NCBI GenBank assembly: GCA_964405015.1 | Contig: CAYOME010000001.1 | Location: 77,611 to 141,610 of the forward strand | Length of the DNA: 64,000 nucleotides | Source: an uncultured Candidatus Saccharibacteria bacterium | Lineage (GTDB): Bacteria; Patescibacteriota; Dojkabacteria; SC72 | Direction of reading: 5' to 3' | In this document: piece after piece, positions 41,305 to 54,200 of the stretch | Numbering within the stretch: the stretch's first letter is position 1 | Layout: every line of letters begins with the position of its first letter | Notes under the pieces: model-generated | The model's input: only the letters and a program-made list of their open reading frames with translations | What the model was told of the DNA's origin: nothing | Databases searched by the model: none | Made by a program: the position numbers and the translations under genes

Positions 41305-42279
41305 ATGAAAAAGGATCTCAAAATATTAATATTCCTTCTCTCATTGCTATTACTCCTTGTAATACTTTCTCTCTCATCAATATCTAAAGATATATCATCA
41401 AAGAGTGATAAATATTCTAATATCTTTAATTCAAAGATTTTTAAAGTTGTTAGTGCTCCTTCAGAATATATTGAAAAAGTAGCATTAAATATTAAAGAGG
41501 ATATATTACTTAATCCGAAATCATTGTACATACAAGATAATACCAAAGTAGAAAAAGAAGAAGAGGTGAGTACTGAAAAAGAATTAGTAATAAATGAAGC
41601 AGAGGTAATTAAACCTGAGGTAATAAAACCAAAGAAGAACAATATACAATTACCATTGAAAGCATTACTAATAGGGGATTCGTTAATAATCGAGAAATTT
41701 GGGCCAGCAGTAGAACAAAGACTTAAATCAATAGAGGGTATTGATGTATATAGAGAGGGCCACTATTCAACTGGTATAAATAGAATAGACTACTATGATT
41801 GGTATAAACGAACTAGAGAATTAATATCTAGTTACAATCCAGATATATTAATAGTATTTCTTGGTGCTAATGATGGTCAAAATATACATGGTACCGATGG
41901 TTCATATGGTAAATGGCCTAGTACTAATTGGGATAGTATATATAAAGAGAGAGTCGATACTTACCTAAGTGAGTTTTCACCATTAGTAGATAAAATATAT
42001 TGGATTGGTCACCCTATACCTCGAACTACCGATTTTCAAAGCAAATTTTCAAAGATGAATTCTATATATATATCGTCAATAGAGGAATATAAAAATGTTA
42101 AATATATTGATAGTTGGAATAGATTTGCAGTTAATGGAGCATATTCTCCAACCCTTGCAGATGATACTGGTCTAGTACAGTATGTTAAGGCTTCAGATGG
42201 TGTTCATTTAACACATCATGGTTCTAAGATATTAACAGATTTGTTAATTCAATATATGAAAGAGGATATAGAGTTTTAA
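41305..42279 (+). CDS. SGNH/GDSL protein (DUF459-like), partner O-acetyltransferase
   Basis: IGDSL, LGANDGQ, DGVHLT; N-terminal TM; directly after the MBOAT gene. Confidence 0.85.
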   Translation: MKKDLKILIFLLSLLLLLVILSLSSISKDISSKSDKYSNIFNSKIFKVVSAPSEYIEKVALNIKEDILLNPKSLYIQDNTKVEKEEEVSTEKELVINEAEVIKPEVIKPKKNNIQLPLKALLIGDSLIIEKFGPAVEQRLKSIEGIDVYREGHYSTGINRIDYYDWYKRTRELISSYNPDILIVFLGANDGQNIHGTDGSYGKWPSTNWDSIYKERVDTYLSEFSPLVDKIYWIGHPIPRTTDFQSKFSKMNSIYISSIEEYKNVKYIDSWNRFAVNGAYSPTLADDTGLVQYVKASDGVHLTHHGSKILTDLLIQYMKEDIEF

Positions 42280-42280
42280 T

Positions 42281-42868
42281 ATGAAATACTTACCATTACT
42301 ATTATTTATTTTTCCATTTTTGTTTTTATCTTTTATCTTGTGTTTAAGATATACCAATTGGGGAAAAGGTTTCTCTGGGGAATTGATTGTCTCATTGTTT
42401 TTAAGGAAATTAGATCCTAAGATATACAAGGTAATAAACAATATCTATATATCAAATTCTAAAGACGTAGTTCAAATAGATCATATTGTAATTTCTAAGT
42501 TTGGAATCTTTGTAATAGATACAAAGAACTGGTTTCAAGAAATTAAGGGAAATGTTAATGATAATCATTGGTGGAATAAAGTAATCTATCAGAACGAAAA
42601 GCATAAATCATTATTAAAAATTGTTTTGGAGTGTAATCCAAGAATGGTATCTATTGTAGCTTTTTCTGGATATTCAAAAATTAATGTAAAAGGAAATATA
42701 AAGGATACGTATCTTGTAAATATTTCTAAATTACTTGAAATAATACGTTCATATAACGAGATCAAGCTTGAAAAGAATGAAATAATTGCAATATATAACA
42801 AACTTTTGAGTATAAAGAAAAATATGCACAAATACAGAATATTACATAAATCAAAATATCGTTCCTAA
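42281..42868 (+). CDS. NERD-domain protein
   Basis: GFSGE, QIDHIVISKFGIFVIDTKN; N-terminal TM. Confidence 0.85.
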   Translation: MKYLPLLLFIFPFLFLSFILCLRYTNWGKGFSGELIVSLFLRKLDPKIYKVINNIYISNSKDVVQIDHIVISKFGIFVIDTKNWFQEIKGNVNDNHWWNKVIYQNEKHKSLLKIVLECNPRMVSIVAFSGYSKINVKGNIKDTYLVNISKLLEIIRSYNEIKLEKNEIIAIYNKLLSIKKNMHKYRILHKSKYRS

Positions 42869-42899
42869 ACATTCAATTAACAAAGTGATACAATCTACT

Positions 42900-43538
42900 A
42901 TGAAAAAATACGTAATACCAATAATAATATTAACAATATCAATAATCCTCTCTATATACTTCTACCCATTACTACCAGAGAGTGTAGCATCACACTGGAA
43001 TGCAAATGGGCAAGTAGATGGATATTCCTCAAAATTAACTAGTGTAATAATGTTTCCAGCGCTTCAATTATTCATGTTAGTACTACTAGTATTCATACCA
43101 AGAATAGATCCAAAGAGAGAGAATATTAAGACATTTGAAAAGGAATTCCTTCTGTTTATAAACTCAATGTTAATATTCTTTACCTTAATACAATTACAAA
43201 CCTTTCTTTGGAGTACAGGAACTCAAATCCCCATGAACTCAACAATGGCTGTATTAATGGGAGCCCTTTTCTTAGTTATGGCATACCTAATTAAAAATGC
43301 TAAACAAAATTACACAATAGGTATTAGAACACCATGGACATTAAATAGTGAAAAGGTATGGAACAAAACACATGCCCTAGGATATAAACTCTTTGGGATA
43401 TCTGGAATACTTTCCATATTGTCTGCATTTGTTCCTCAATACTCATATATTATCGTGTTAGCAAGTGTCTTAACCTCTTCTGCATATGTATTCCTCTATT
43501 CATACCTAGAATACAAAAAAGAATTGCATAATAAATAG
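42900..43538 (+). CDS. SdpI/DUF1648 family membrane protein
   Basis: LPESVASHWNANGQVDGY, NYTIGIRTPWTLNSEKVWNKTH. Confidence 0.92.
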   Translation: MKKYVIPIIILTISIILSIYFYPLLPESVASHWNANGQVDGYSSKLTSVIMFPALQLFMLVLLVFIPRIDPKRENIKTFEKEFLLFINSMLIFFTLIQLQTFLWSTGTQIPMNSTMAVLMGALFLVMAYLIKNAKQNYTIGIRTPWTLNSEKVWNKTHALGYKLFGISGILSILSAFVPQYSYIIVLASVLTSSAYVFLYSYLEYKKELHNK

Positions 43539-43539
43539 T

Positions 43540-43974
43540 ATGAGATTAGAAACTTCAATATTAAAAATTTTCATCCTTCTTTTGGCAATATTTGTACTTG
43601 GTTTTGCTTTCATAGTAATACCCGATGAAATTAATATGAATGGAATCGGCAAAGACCTTTTACTTTTTACTGTAATGTATATTTCTCTAATTCCATTTTT
43701 GTATTCCTTGTTCCAAACCTTTAACTTACTTACATATATCGAAAAGAATAATCTTGTATCTGAGCTAGGAATAACAGCCTTAAAAAAAATTAAATACTCT
43801 GCATTAATATTTAGTCTCTTGTATACCATCCTACTACCAAGAATGTTTGAGATAACACAGAAAGAAGATGCTCCTGGAGTACTCTTAATAGGATTAACCT
43901 TTACTTTTGTACCATTGATAATTGCTTTGTTTGTATCCTTAATGGGCAAGATTCTTTCAAAAAAGATCATTTAG
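43540..43974 (+). CDS. DUF2975-like membrane protein
   Basis: LLTYIEKN..S..ALKKIKYSA, EDAPG. Confidence 0.75.
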   Translation: MRLETSILKIFILLLAIFVLGFAFIVIPDEINMNGIGKDLLLFTVMYISLIPFLYSLFQTFNLLTYIEKNNLVSELGITALKKIKYSALIFSLLYTILLPRMFEITQKEDAPGVLLIGLTFTFVPLIIALFVSLMGKILSKKII

Positions 43975-44114
43975 GTATTAAATCTCATTTTTCATAACTA
44001 TATCTTTCCTTTCATATTTCGTGTACAATGCATATTGTAGATTGAAACAGTTCAATTTCCTTTCAAAGAATTTGTTGTTAATACATTTACATATTAATTT
44101 TTATTTATATTTAA

Positions 44115-44378
44115 ATGGATAACACCAAGTTATTTGTAGGAGGAATCTCCTGGAACCTAAGAAACGAAGACCTTCAAAAGGCTTTCGAAGAGATAGGTGA
44201 AGTAGTAGAGGCTGTCATAATCATGGACAGAGCTACTGGTAAATCTAAAGGATTCGGATTCGTAACCATGAAGACAGTTGAAGATGCTCAAAAAGCAATC
44301 ACTGAATTAAATGGTAAAGAATTAGACGGAAAACCATTGACAGTTAACGAGGCAAAACCTCAGAAACCTAGATTTTAA
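44115..44378 (+). CDS. RRM RNA-binding protein
   Basis: LFVGGI (RNP2) and KGFGFV (RNP1). Confidence 0.96.
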   Translation: MDNTKLFVGGISWNLRNEDLQKAFEEIGEVVEAVIIMDRATGKSKGFGFVTMKTVEDAQKAITELNGKELDGKPLTVNEAKPQKPRF

Positions 44379-44388
44379 GGATTTAAGA

Positions 44389-44413
44389 GAAGGACCCCTA
44401 GGGGTCCTTTTTT
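44389..44413 (+). terminator. Rho-independent terminator
   Basis: AAGGACCCC-ta-GGGGTCCTT followed by a T run. Confidence 0.85.
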
Positions 44414-44435
44414 AAATAAGTAAATATCAATTTCT

Positions 44436-45317
44436 ATGCAATATCACAAGATCCTCTCCATAGGGCTTAATACATCATCAGAAGAAAAATACAGGATTCA
44501 AACAGAACTCCTAAAAAAAAACATCTCCTTAGATATTGCTTCCATTAAAGATCCGATCTTCAAAATAATTGAAGGCATTGTATATGCAGATATAAATGGA
44601 AACAATCTAACAGGATATGAATACGTATGGATACAATCAGGATGGAATACTACCCATATGGCATATCTTCTTCATATATATCTTACATATATGGGAATTC
44701 CACATAACATACCTAGTAAACAAGATACAAAGATTACAGATATCTTCTCCTTGGCTATTAACAACGTAAGTGTACCAAATACATTCTTTCACAATGGATT
44801 AAAAATAAATGATACACACATAGATGAAATAGAAAGAATTTGTAATATACCATGTATATACAAGAAACTCTCAGGATCTCTTGGTTCACAGGTATTTTTA
44901 ATACAAGATAAATCGTTGATATACGAAGCTATTAGAAAAAACCGTAAATACAACAGCTATATATTTCAACAATACATACCAAATGATTTTGATTACAGAG
45001 TTGTAATAGCAAATGAATTAACTACTTCCGTATGTAAAAGAACAAGAGTAAGTGACTCATACAGAAACAATGTAGCTCTTGGAGCCTCAGAAGAGTTCAT
45101 AGATATTGAAGATACCCCTATTGATATACTAGAGTTAGCACAAAATGCATCAAAAATATTAAATCTCAATTGGGCGGGAGTAGATATTGTAGTAGATAAA
45201 GAAACAAACAAAAATTACATATTAGAAGTAAACAGAAGACCAGGACTAACAGAAAACTCAACAGAGATATCAGCCTTCTATTCACAAATAAATGGAATAT
45301 TAGCCAACATATTCTAA
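44436..45317 (+). CDS. RimK-like ATP-grasp ligase
   Basis: GSLGSQV, QQYIP..DYRVVI, RNNVALGA, AGVDI, LEVNRRPG. Confidence 0.88.
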   Translation: MQYHKILSIGLNTSSEEKYRIQTELLKKNISLDIASIKDPIFKIIEGIVYADINGNNLTGYEYVWIQSGWNTTHMAYLLHIYLTYMGIPHNIPSKQDTKITDIFSLAINNVSVPNTFFHNGLKINDTHIDEIERICNIPCIYKKLSGSLGSQVFLIQDKSLIYEAIRKNRKYNSYIFQQYIPNDFDYRVVIANELTTSVCKRTRVSDSYRNNVALGASEEFIDIEDTPIDILELAQNASKILNLNWAGVDIVVDKETNKNYILEVNRRPGLTENSTEISAFYSQINGILANIF

Positions 45318-45360
45318 CTAAACCTCTTGAATATTCCAGATATAATACTAAAATGAATTC

Positions 45361-46995
45361 ATAAAGAAATTCATAATAATAAGTACAATCTTACTCTTTC
45401 TTTCTGTATTCATAATTCTCTACTTTTTTGTATTCACATATAATATATACAATCAAAAGATTGAAATAGAACCTTCTGTGTTTTCTACCCCAATACCAAT
45501 AGCAAACCCTCTATCTACAAAAGAAATTTACAAATTACCTGCAAACTTTGAAGATATAATAACTACTTACAATCTACCAATTGGTAACAAAGAAATAAAT
45601 GAGTTACTTTTAACTGGTTACATATACATTGAAAATCCAACCTCCGAAGCTATTTCAGAAAATACACCCCTTACAATTACATCAGAGAATATTCAAGAAT
45701 ATATATCTCAAGAAATAAATATAGTTGAAGAGAAAATTAAATATAGAATTGAAAAAGAACTTATTAAAGAAATACAAAAACAAAGATTCAAAGTCCTTTT
45801 TATATATCCAATATCAGAAGGGGAAGAAAAAACAATATTATTAAATGTATTAACAAATAATATTGAAAGATTACAATCTTCTAATATTGAAAGGTTTCTT
45901 TCACTTACCAATGACTCAAAAAGAAATTTCTCACTATTAAATGTTCACAAAGAAATTGGAGAATCTAATATCCCTAATGAAGAAATATCGCAGATTAAGA
46001 ATCAGACAAATGTTGTAGACGAACAAGAATATATTGAACAACTAAGAAACTACATAGAACAAAAACGAAAACATTTACAATCCTTAGATATTTACAACAA
46101 TGACTATGAAGAAGTTCTTCTTAAACTTGATGAGATACAAAACAAAGATAAAGAAACTTTAAGTAAAATACTTTCTGAAGAGTACCAACACAATATATTT
46201 TGGGTAAATAAAGACGGATTGTTATCTCTTTCAAAAACAAACAGAATTTATCAGAATGCAGTATTGAATAATGATAACTTCAATATTGGATATGACATTC
46301 AACCGAATTCTCAAACTCCAAATACCGTACGAATACCCATACTAATGTATCACCACATAGGATATCCCCCAGAAGGATCTTCTAAATTTGTCTCTGGCCT
46401 ATACACCTCTCCAGAGATATTTGAAGAACAAATTGCATACTTAACAAAGAAGAATTACAAAACATTAAACTCAAAAGACTTTTTACAAATATTATCAACA
46501 AATCAAAACCCCTCTCAAAAAAGTATTCTTTTAACTTTTGATGATGGTACTTCCTCTCACTATTCTCAAGCATACAAAATATTGAAAAAATACAATCAAG
46601 TAGGAATATTTTTTGTAACCTCAAATCGATCACAACTTTCAACATTACAATTAAAAGAAATGGCTTCAAATGGTATGGATATTCAATCACATTCACAAAC
46701 ACATCCAGATCTCTCTAAAATATCTGATTCTTCTCGCATACAAAGTGAAATAGGGGGGAGTAAAACCAATCTAGAAGCTAGAACCGGATATAGTGTAATA
46801 TCTATCGCATATCCAGGATGTGCTGCAAATTCATATATATTCAAATCCGTAGCTAATAACGGATATCAGTTAGGCTTCTCTTGTGGAAAGAGTATAGACC
46901 ATAGATATTCCTCACGTCTCTCTCTCTCGAGAGTACATAATCCTAATAATCTTGATGATCTTAAAAAGATACTCTCAGGAATATATCCATTTTAA
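45361..46995 (+). CDS. Polysaccharide deacetylase with N-terminal membrane anchor (start uncertain)
   Basis: PILMYHHI, LTFDDG, QSHSQTHPDL, AYPG; frame open upstream to IKKFIIIST-TM helix. Confidence 0.82.
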   Translation: MKKFIIISTILLFLSVFIILYFFVFTYNIYNQKIEIEPSVFSTPIPIANPLSTKEIYKLPANFEDIITTYNLPIGNKEINELLLTGYIYIENPTSEAISENTPLTITSENIQEYISQEINIVEEKIKYRIEKELIKEIQKQRFKVLFIYPISEGEEKTILLNVLTNNIERLQSSNIERFLSLTNDSKRNFSLLNVHKEIGESNIPNEEISQIKNQTNVVDEQEYIEQLRNYIEQKRKHLQSLDIYNNDYEEVLLKLDEIQNKDKETLSKILSEEYQHNIFWVNKDGLLSLSKTNRIYQNAVLNNDNFNIGYDIQPNSQTPNTVRIPILMYHHIGYPPEGSSKFVSGLYTSPEIFEEQIAYLTKKNYKTLNSKDFLQILSTNQNPSQKSILLTFDDGTSSHYSQAYKILKKYNQVGIFFVTSNRSQLSTLQLKEMASNGMDIQSHSQTHPDLSKISDSSRIQSEIGGSKTNLEARTGYSVISIAYPGCAANSYIFKSVANNGYQLGFSCGKSIDHRYSSRLSLSRVHNPNNLDDLKKILSGIYPF

Positions 46996-47033
46996 TACCA
47001 AAAATACCCATTGATTAGATGATATAATCTAGA

Positions 47034-48155
47034 ATGAAATTCATATTTACATTCATAACCGCGATATTACTCTTCATCCCTTCATTTCTTTCTCCAAATA
47101 GTATAACCAAAATAGAGAGAGTACAAGTTGAAGAAAAAGTAGATATTAAATCTAAAGAAGAGATACTACTAGAGAGTATGACCATAGAGGAGAAGGTAGG
47201 ACAACTCTTCATATTTGGCTTTGATGGTACTACATTAACAGAAAGTAATAGGAATTTTCTTTCACAAAGACACATCGGAGGAGTAATACTCTTCAGTAAG
47301 AATATTTCCAATGAACAACAATTAAAAGATTTAATAACTGATATACAGAGTTTAAACAGAATTCCACTCTTTGTATCAATTGATCAAGAAGGTGGTAGTG
47401 TAGCAAGAATAAAGTGGAATGATGTACTTACAAAATCCCAAAGCAATATTTCAAATCCCCAAGAAGCATACAATATAGCTAAAAGTAGAGGAGATCTTCT
47501 AAAACAATATGGTATTAACATGAACCTAGCCCCAGTTATTGAATATTCTACTAATACCAACTCCTTTATGTACAAAAGAGTGTTCAGAGGATCTTTAGAA
47601 GAAGTAATACAAAAAGGAATATATTCAGTAAATGGATACAAAGATGCAGGAATATTAGCTATACCAAAACACTATCCAGGTCATGGAGATACTTTAGTAG
47701 ACTCACATTACTCATTACCTGTAGTTGATGTAACTGATCAGGGATGGAATGAATATACCAGACCATTCATTGATGTCATCCAAGGTAGTAATCCTGATGG
47801 AATAATGGTGGGACATATTAAATATCCAAATATTGATACTTTACCTTCTACAATATCGGGTAAAATAATTGAAGAGAAACTAAAAACTAATCTTAACTTC
47901 AATGGTCTAGTTATTTCAGATGACATGGAAATGGATGCCTTAGAAGGCTTCGGAACTCATCAAGAGATGGCAAAAAGTGCTCTTTTAGCTGGTAACGATA
48001 TTCTCATATACAGTAAATACAGAGAAGAGATACCTACAATACAAAAGGATGTATATGAATACATCTTGGAAGAATGTAGGAGTGGAAATATTAATATAGA
48101 GGAGAAGGTTTTAAGGATATTAAAAATGAAGTATAAATACGGAATTATTAATTAG
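47034..48155 (+). CDS. nagZ: GH3 beta-N-acetylhexosaminidase (NagZ-like), exported
   Basis: IDQEGGSVAR, KHYPGHG...DSH, ISDDMEM. Confidence 0.88.
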   Translation: MKFIFTFITAILLFIPSFLSPNSITKIERVQVEEKVDIKSKEEILLESMTIEEKVGQLFIFGFDGTTLTESNRNFLSQRHIGGVILFSKNISNEQQLKDLITDIQSLNRIPLFVSIDQEGGSVARIKWNDVLTKSQSNISNPQEAYNIAKSRGDLLKQYGINMNLAPVIEYSTNTNSFMYKRVFRGSLEEVIQKGIYSVNGYKDAGILAIPKHYPGHGDTLVDSHYSLPVVDVTDQGWNEYTRPFIDVIQGSNPDGIMVGHIKYPNIDTLPSTISGKIIEEKLKTNLNFNGLVISDDMEMDALEGFGTHQEMAKSALLAGNDILIYSKYREEIPTIQKDVYEYILEECRSGNINIEEKVLRILKMKYKYGIIN

Positions 48156-48224
48156 TCAAAGAAATGCTTTACAAAATTTTTTGTAACTGGCAATATTAGA
48201 ATAATAATATAAAGCCCCGATATA

Positions 48225-51200
48225 ATGAAAACAAGGATTAAGGGAAGATCATTTCCAATACTCTTTCTAGGACTACTTACTCTAATACCCTTACTCCTTT
48301 TCGCTTTTTTCACATATAAAGACTCCTTTGTTAAACTAGTAAATGCAGATGCATTTACAGATGCATGTGTTAATCAGTGTGTAACATCGACTGGTGACCC
48401 TGACTTTATGAGTGATGGATGTAGCTATCTTTGTAATGATGGAAATACCACATATGGTTGTTTACTTGCTTCTGAAATAGGATGGTTTGATCCAGCATAC
48501 TCTGTAGATGCACCACAGTGGTGTATACATGTACAAACTCCAACACAAATGTGTATTGATAGATGTAAGCTTCAAAACGATAGCTATGATGATTATGAAT
48601 CAAAGTGTACTACTACTTGTACAAATGCAAATGGAGACAGTACTTCTTGTTGGCTAATGTCAGAAATGAATTTCGATGCAAGTGTAAATCGTGAATTCTG
48701 TTCTCTTTTGGATTTTGTACCAACAGGTTCAGGAACTTCAGATGAAATGGCAATCTTTCCAGCCTCGAATTACTACGATGTAGAAACAGGATATTCTCAA
48801 AATATCACAGGTACAATAACCTCTCTTTATCCAATTAGTTATCTTGATATAAGAGAAGACTTGGATGGAGGATTTTACGGTTCTTGCGATTACGAACAAA
48901 TAGGTGAAAGTGAATATTCTTTTTCCTGTTACACTGGGACATTAAGTGATCCAAATTCATCATATTTCTATTTTCTTTTTGGAGAAAATGCGAATTCTGA
49001 ATATGTTCAATCCGATTATATAGAATTACATACCTACGTTTTAGAAGAACCTGGAGGAAATCCAGAAATTAGACTTACCTTGGTACCATCAAAGACCATT
49101 AATGACACTTTCCTAGTAAGAGGAATAGCTGCTAATCCAGGAGGTACAAATATTACTGATATAAATATCCTTTCTAACTATGTAGGAGGCTTCTCCACTG
49201 CAACAAGCCCATGTACAGCAGTTGATGGTACCCTAAATTCAAATTCTGAAGAATTTAGTTGTTCATTTCCAATTACAAATACTGATGGTATTAATGAATA
49301 TTGTGTAGAATACTATGATCAAGATCTGAATCGTATAGAAACATGTTCACAGGTCATTCATACAACTAATGTCACAGATGGGTTAGTGGGATATTGGTCT
49401 TTAGATGGTCTTACACCTTTAAATGAGATAACCGGATATGGTGGTATAGGGGCTATAAATCATGCTAACGGTCTTGATTCTGTACCAGGATATTTAAATG
49501 ATGCAATGAGTTTTTACAATGGCTCATACTTCTATACTAGTGATTACAATGAACATTTTTCATTCTCCAATCCAGATTCCGAATTTATCGTTGAAACATA
49601 TGTTTACTTAAATGAGGCCCCTGGTGGATACCCAATACTTGTTTCTAAAATGTCTGATGGAGTAGATGGTATGGGAATGCCACAATATTCCTGGTCATTA
49701 GGTTTAACAAATGCAGGAGGTATTTCTTGTGCAATAAATGGTTATGAAAATAGGATAATGACTCATGCAGAAGCAGCTATTACTTTCGGACAGTGGAACA
49801 AGTTAGCCTGTTCTTGGAATGCGGGAACTCATGAATTAAAAGGATATATCAATGACGAAGAAGTAGCTTCTACAGTATTAAGCCCTGAAATAATTCCATA
49901 CGCTTCAGATAAAAATATTACCTTTGCTGCAAGACAAGACGGGTATGAAGCTTTTACAGGCCAATTAGATGAAATAAAAATATATGATTTAACTGTACCA
50001 ACAGGATCTGGTTCTGTAGATTACTTTTCAAATCTTAACACTCCAGCAGTCATCGAAGATGTTTCCACCTTTAATCTTACAGGGACATCTGCACATACTG
50101 GTAATATTGAGAATGTACAGTACAGGAAATACGAAGTAGGATTAGCTGAAAATGACAACTGGCAAAACTGTACATGTACAGATGGATCATGTAATTTCTC
50201 AGAAGAAGAATTCTCATGTTCAATATCCAATATTTCAGAATCTGGGACATATGCATATCAACTTAGATTAGTATCAGAAGGTGTAAATCTTTCTCCAAGT
50301 GATTGGGAGACTGCCGAAGTAACAAGAGAAGATACGAGAGAGTTAATAGCCTGGTGGGGATTTGATAATGCTACAACTCTGTATGATTACTCAGGTAACA
50401 ACTATAACGGAACAATAGGAGGTACAACTTCAGTAAGTACATCTCCAGTAACAGGATCATCCACCAATACATTCGATACCAATACTATCGCTACAATTCC
50501 AGATCCAACAGGAGCTTTTGATTTTGCAGAAGAGAATGCTCATTACGAATTAGAGATGAGAATTAAACAAAATTCAGATACTCTCGCAGGTGATTACGAT
50601 TTCATTCAGAAATACAGAAATGATGGTGGTAATTCATGGGATATTGATTTCATGACTAACAGAATTAATGGAGCTATATATTCAGCGAACAACGAATTCT
50701 TTAGAACATCTCAATCTACACCAGGTACTACGATACTCTCTCCAGATACATGGCATACAGTTAGATTTGTATACAGTAATACCGATCAAACAGTATATAT
50801 TCAAGTAGATGGAAATACCCCAGAATACTTTGGAAGTACGAGAGAATTCCCTCTTCAAGTATCTACAGGAAACTTAGTCATTAAAGCAAACAACTACTTC
50901 AGAGGTGAAATAGATGATATTAAGATATTTAGAGGAGGTGATGCAAAAGCTCCTGATGTATCCTTTGAACAATTCTCAGATTTAGACAGAGTGACAAGTA
51001 ATGTTGTAAACCTCGATGTTACAGTTACTGATCAAACAGGAATTGAAAATTTTGAATATCTCTTCCACAATAGTGACTATGGAATAGATCTTGATTCACT
51101 AGGATGGATTCAGGCAACAAATCCTACAACCGGAAACTGGGGAGATAAACAATTGGTATTTAACATTGAGTCTTTACCACTTACAGATGGTCCTTGGTAT

Positions 51201-54200
51201 TTGTATGTAAGAGCTACAGACTCTTACAACTTTAAACACTTGTATGAAAATGGATGGTTTACTACTTACTCAACAGCTTCCCCATCAGCAATGCCATATC
51301 TCCATTTCATTGTTGAAGCACAAGATACAACCCCACCATATATTTTTGCTCATTCCATTATTCCAAACCCTACGGTAGATAAAAGCCCAGGTGTAAGAGG
51401 ATATGTTAGGGATTTTGAACAACAAAATACTGGAGATACAAGTAGTAATATCTTAAGTATTGAATATAGACTTAATGGAGGCAATTGGAATTTAATACCT
51501 TCATTGGATAATTCGTATGATTCTCCAAATGAAGAATTCTATTTCTTACTAAACGATCTTACTCCAGGTGAATATACCTTAGATATTAGAGCAACAGATG
51601 CAAGTGGAAATAGCACAGATGATAATGATTCATCACATACAGAAACCTTCACCATATACGAACTAGAAGAAACACCAGATATATCAGTAATCAGTAAGGA
51701 GGAGGATTTTAATGACCATACATATCATGATGTTCTTTTCTCTGATGGTGTTTGGGGAAATGGGATACTTAGATTAAGACAAAGTATGGAATTTAACCAA
51801 ACAACAGCACTCTTTACAAATAATAATGATTTTGGTTGGGAATATGGAGATACAAGAACAGGAGTAATAGAGGCATACGATGGGAATGTATGGGTAATTA
51901 CAAATAATAACAATGTAATACTTTACAACGTAAATACTACCCAATATGAAGAATATCTACCATTCAAAAGTACATTAGAGAGAATATCCGATATTAAAGA
52001 TTTTGTTAACAATGGAAGAAGATATTTACTCATTTCTTACGAGAATGGAAGTACATTAATATATGATTTAAACAATACTCCTTTTGATTCATCAGATGAT
52101 ATAGGTCCAGTCGACTATGGTACAAAAGATGGTTTCAATCTCTTTAGAATGTTTACAGATGTTAGTATAGATACAAGAAACGGAAAGTTTGCATATTTTG
52201 CAGAAGTAAATAATCCATCTCCAGAAGGAACTGTATACTTCTATATATGGATCGATACTAAAGGAACCATAATGGATGTATCAGATGATACATATGTTAC
52301 ATGGGGAGCAGAGGATAACTTGTTCTATAGAAATGAAGCATATGGATACCAAGATGTAAATGACTTCACAGCAACATACTTTGATCAATCCTCAAACATC
52401 TTCTATGCCGCAAGTTTTGATTGGTCAATATACCAATGTACAGATGGCGGAACACCAGAGGATAAGAGTGATGACTCATGTCAAAGATTTGCATATCCAA
52501 ATGGAACATACCAAGTCTTCGATATTCTTAAAGATAGCAATGGACAATTCTGGTTTGGAGGAAATCTTGGATTAACGAGATTGAATAACAAAGGAACACT
52601 TAGTATCTCCGATGATGAAAAAGTAACAGTTCTTTCAGCTCAAGACCTTGGTTCTCAAGAAATCTCTAAATTAGGGTGGATCGAAGGAGAGTATCCAGTT
52701 GGTGATGAAATATGGATGATGACAAGGAATGGATACCTCAAAGCCCTAGAGATGAACTTCACATATAATGATACGTTAGATGATACTTACTACAATTATA
52801 AAATAAAGAATCTTTCTAACAGACAGGGTAATCTAGGACTTTTTACAGTAGGAGATAGAAATACAATATATACATCAATACAAGGATACGGTTTACAAAA
52901 GATAGAGCTTGAGAGAGATTTTGAAGATTTAAATAAAATAGAGATGCTTCCTATACCTCCAGATGGTATTCTTGCAATAAATTACATAGACTTAGAAGAA
53001 GTACTTGGATCTGTAACCAATGGAAGTGCATATACATTCAATGACTTAGTCTCATATGAAGTCTCTAATGACTCAGGAGTAACTTGGTATCCAATATCAG
53101 AAGGTAATAGGGTAGAATTCCCAACTCCAGATTATAAATTAAAACTAAGAATAAATCTTACAAAGGGATCTTCTCCAATAATTGATTTAATCCGTCTTTC
53201 ATATATAACATATCCTGAAAAAGATCCTGATCTCTGTGATATTAGGATTAACACACTTAAACCGCAAATCTCTACAATACAAAACAATGGTTCCAAGAGC
53301 CTTGTCTTAAATTTTACAGGTATAAGTGGTGAACCAAATATTCAAGGATATACTTTAGAATATGGACTCTCTGAGACAGTATTCCAATACACTCCAGTTT
53401 CATTAAATACCTCAACAACTACTTACACATTAAATGACCTGTCTCCAAATACTAAATACTTCTTTAGAATTAAAGGTATTACTGATTGTACTACTAGTGA
53501 TTGGTCCTCAGTCCTATCTGCAACAACATCTTCGATAGTTACAACAACACCAAAAGCTCCAACCCCTAAGACACCAGCTCCTACAGAAGAACCACTACAA
53601 TCCATTTGTGGAGAGATCTGTAATATTGATTCCGATTGTACAGATTCAAACAATTTCTGTAATTTGGGAAAATGCGAATTAAAAAGTAGTCAATGTGATA
53701 TTGGACAGAAACTTGATGATAATAAGTGTTCATGTGTACAAGAAACTTCAATTGGAGGAATGTGTGGACAACCATGTACTGGGAACTCACAGTGTACAGA
53801 AGCAAACAATGAGTGCAATGGTGATAAATGTGTATTAATTTCATGCCCATCTGGATACAAAATAACCAATGATAGCTGTGGATGTATATTAATAACTAAA
53901 GAGGACAATACCAATGATAAACAAGGAATATTTGAAAAATTTCTTAACTTTATCCAAAACTTAGATATTCCGAAGACATCTGCAACAACAACCGCTGCAT
54001 TAGTTGGAGTATCTTTACTTTCAATCTTCGTTGGCAAATCTCATGTATTAGGATATGCTCTTCAATCTACTGGTTGGTTCTTATCAATATTTAAGATAAG
54101 GAAAAAAGACCAAGAATATGGATTGGTTTACAATTCTATTACAAAAGAACCTATTAATAGAGCTATTGTAAGAATCTATAACGAGAATAATAAACTTGTA

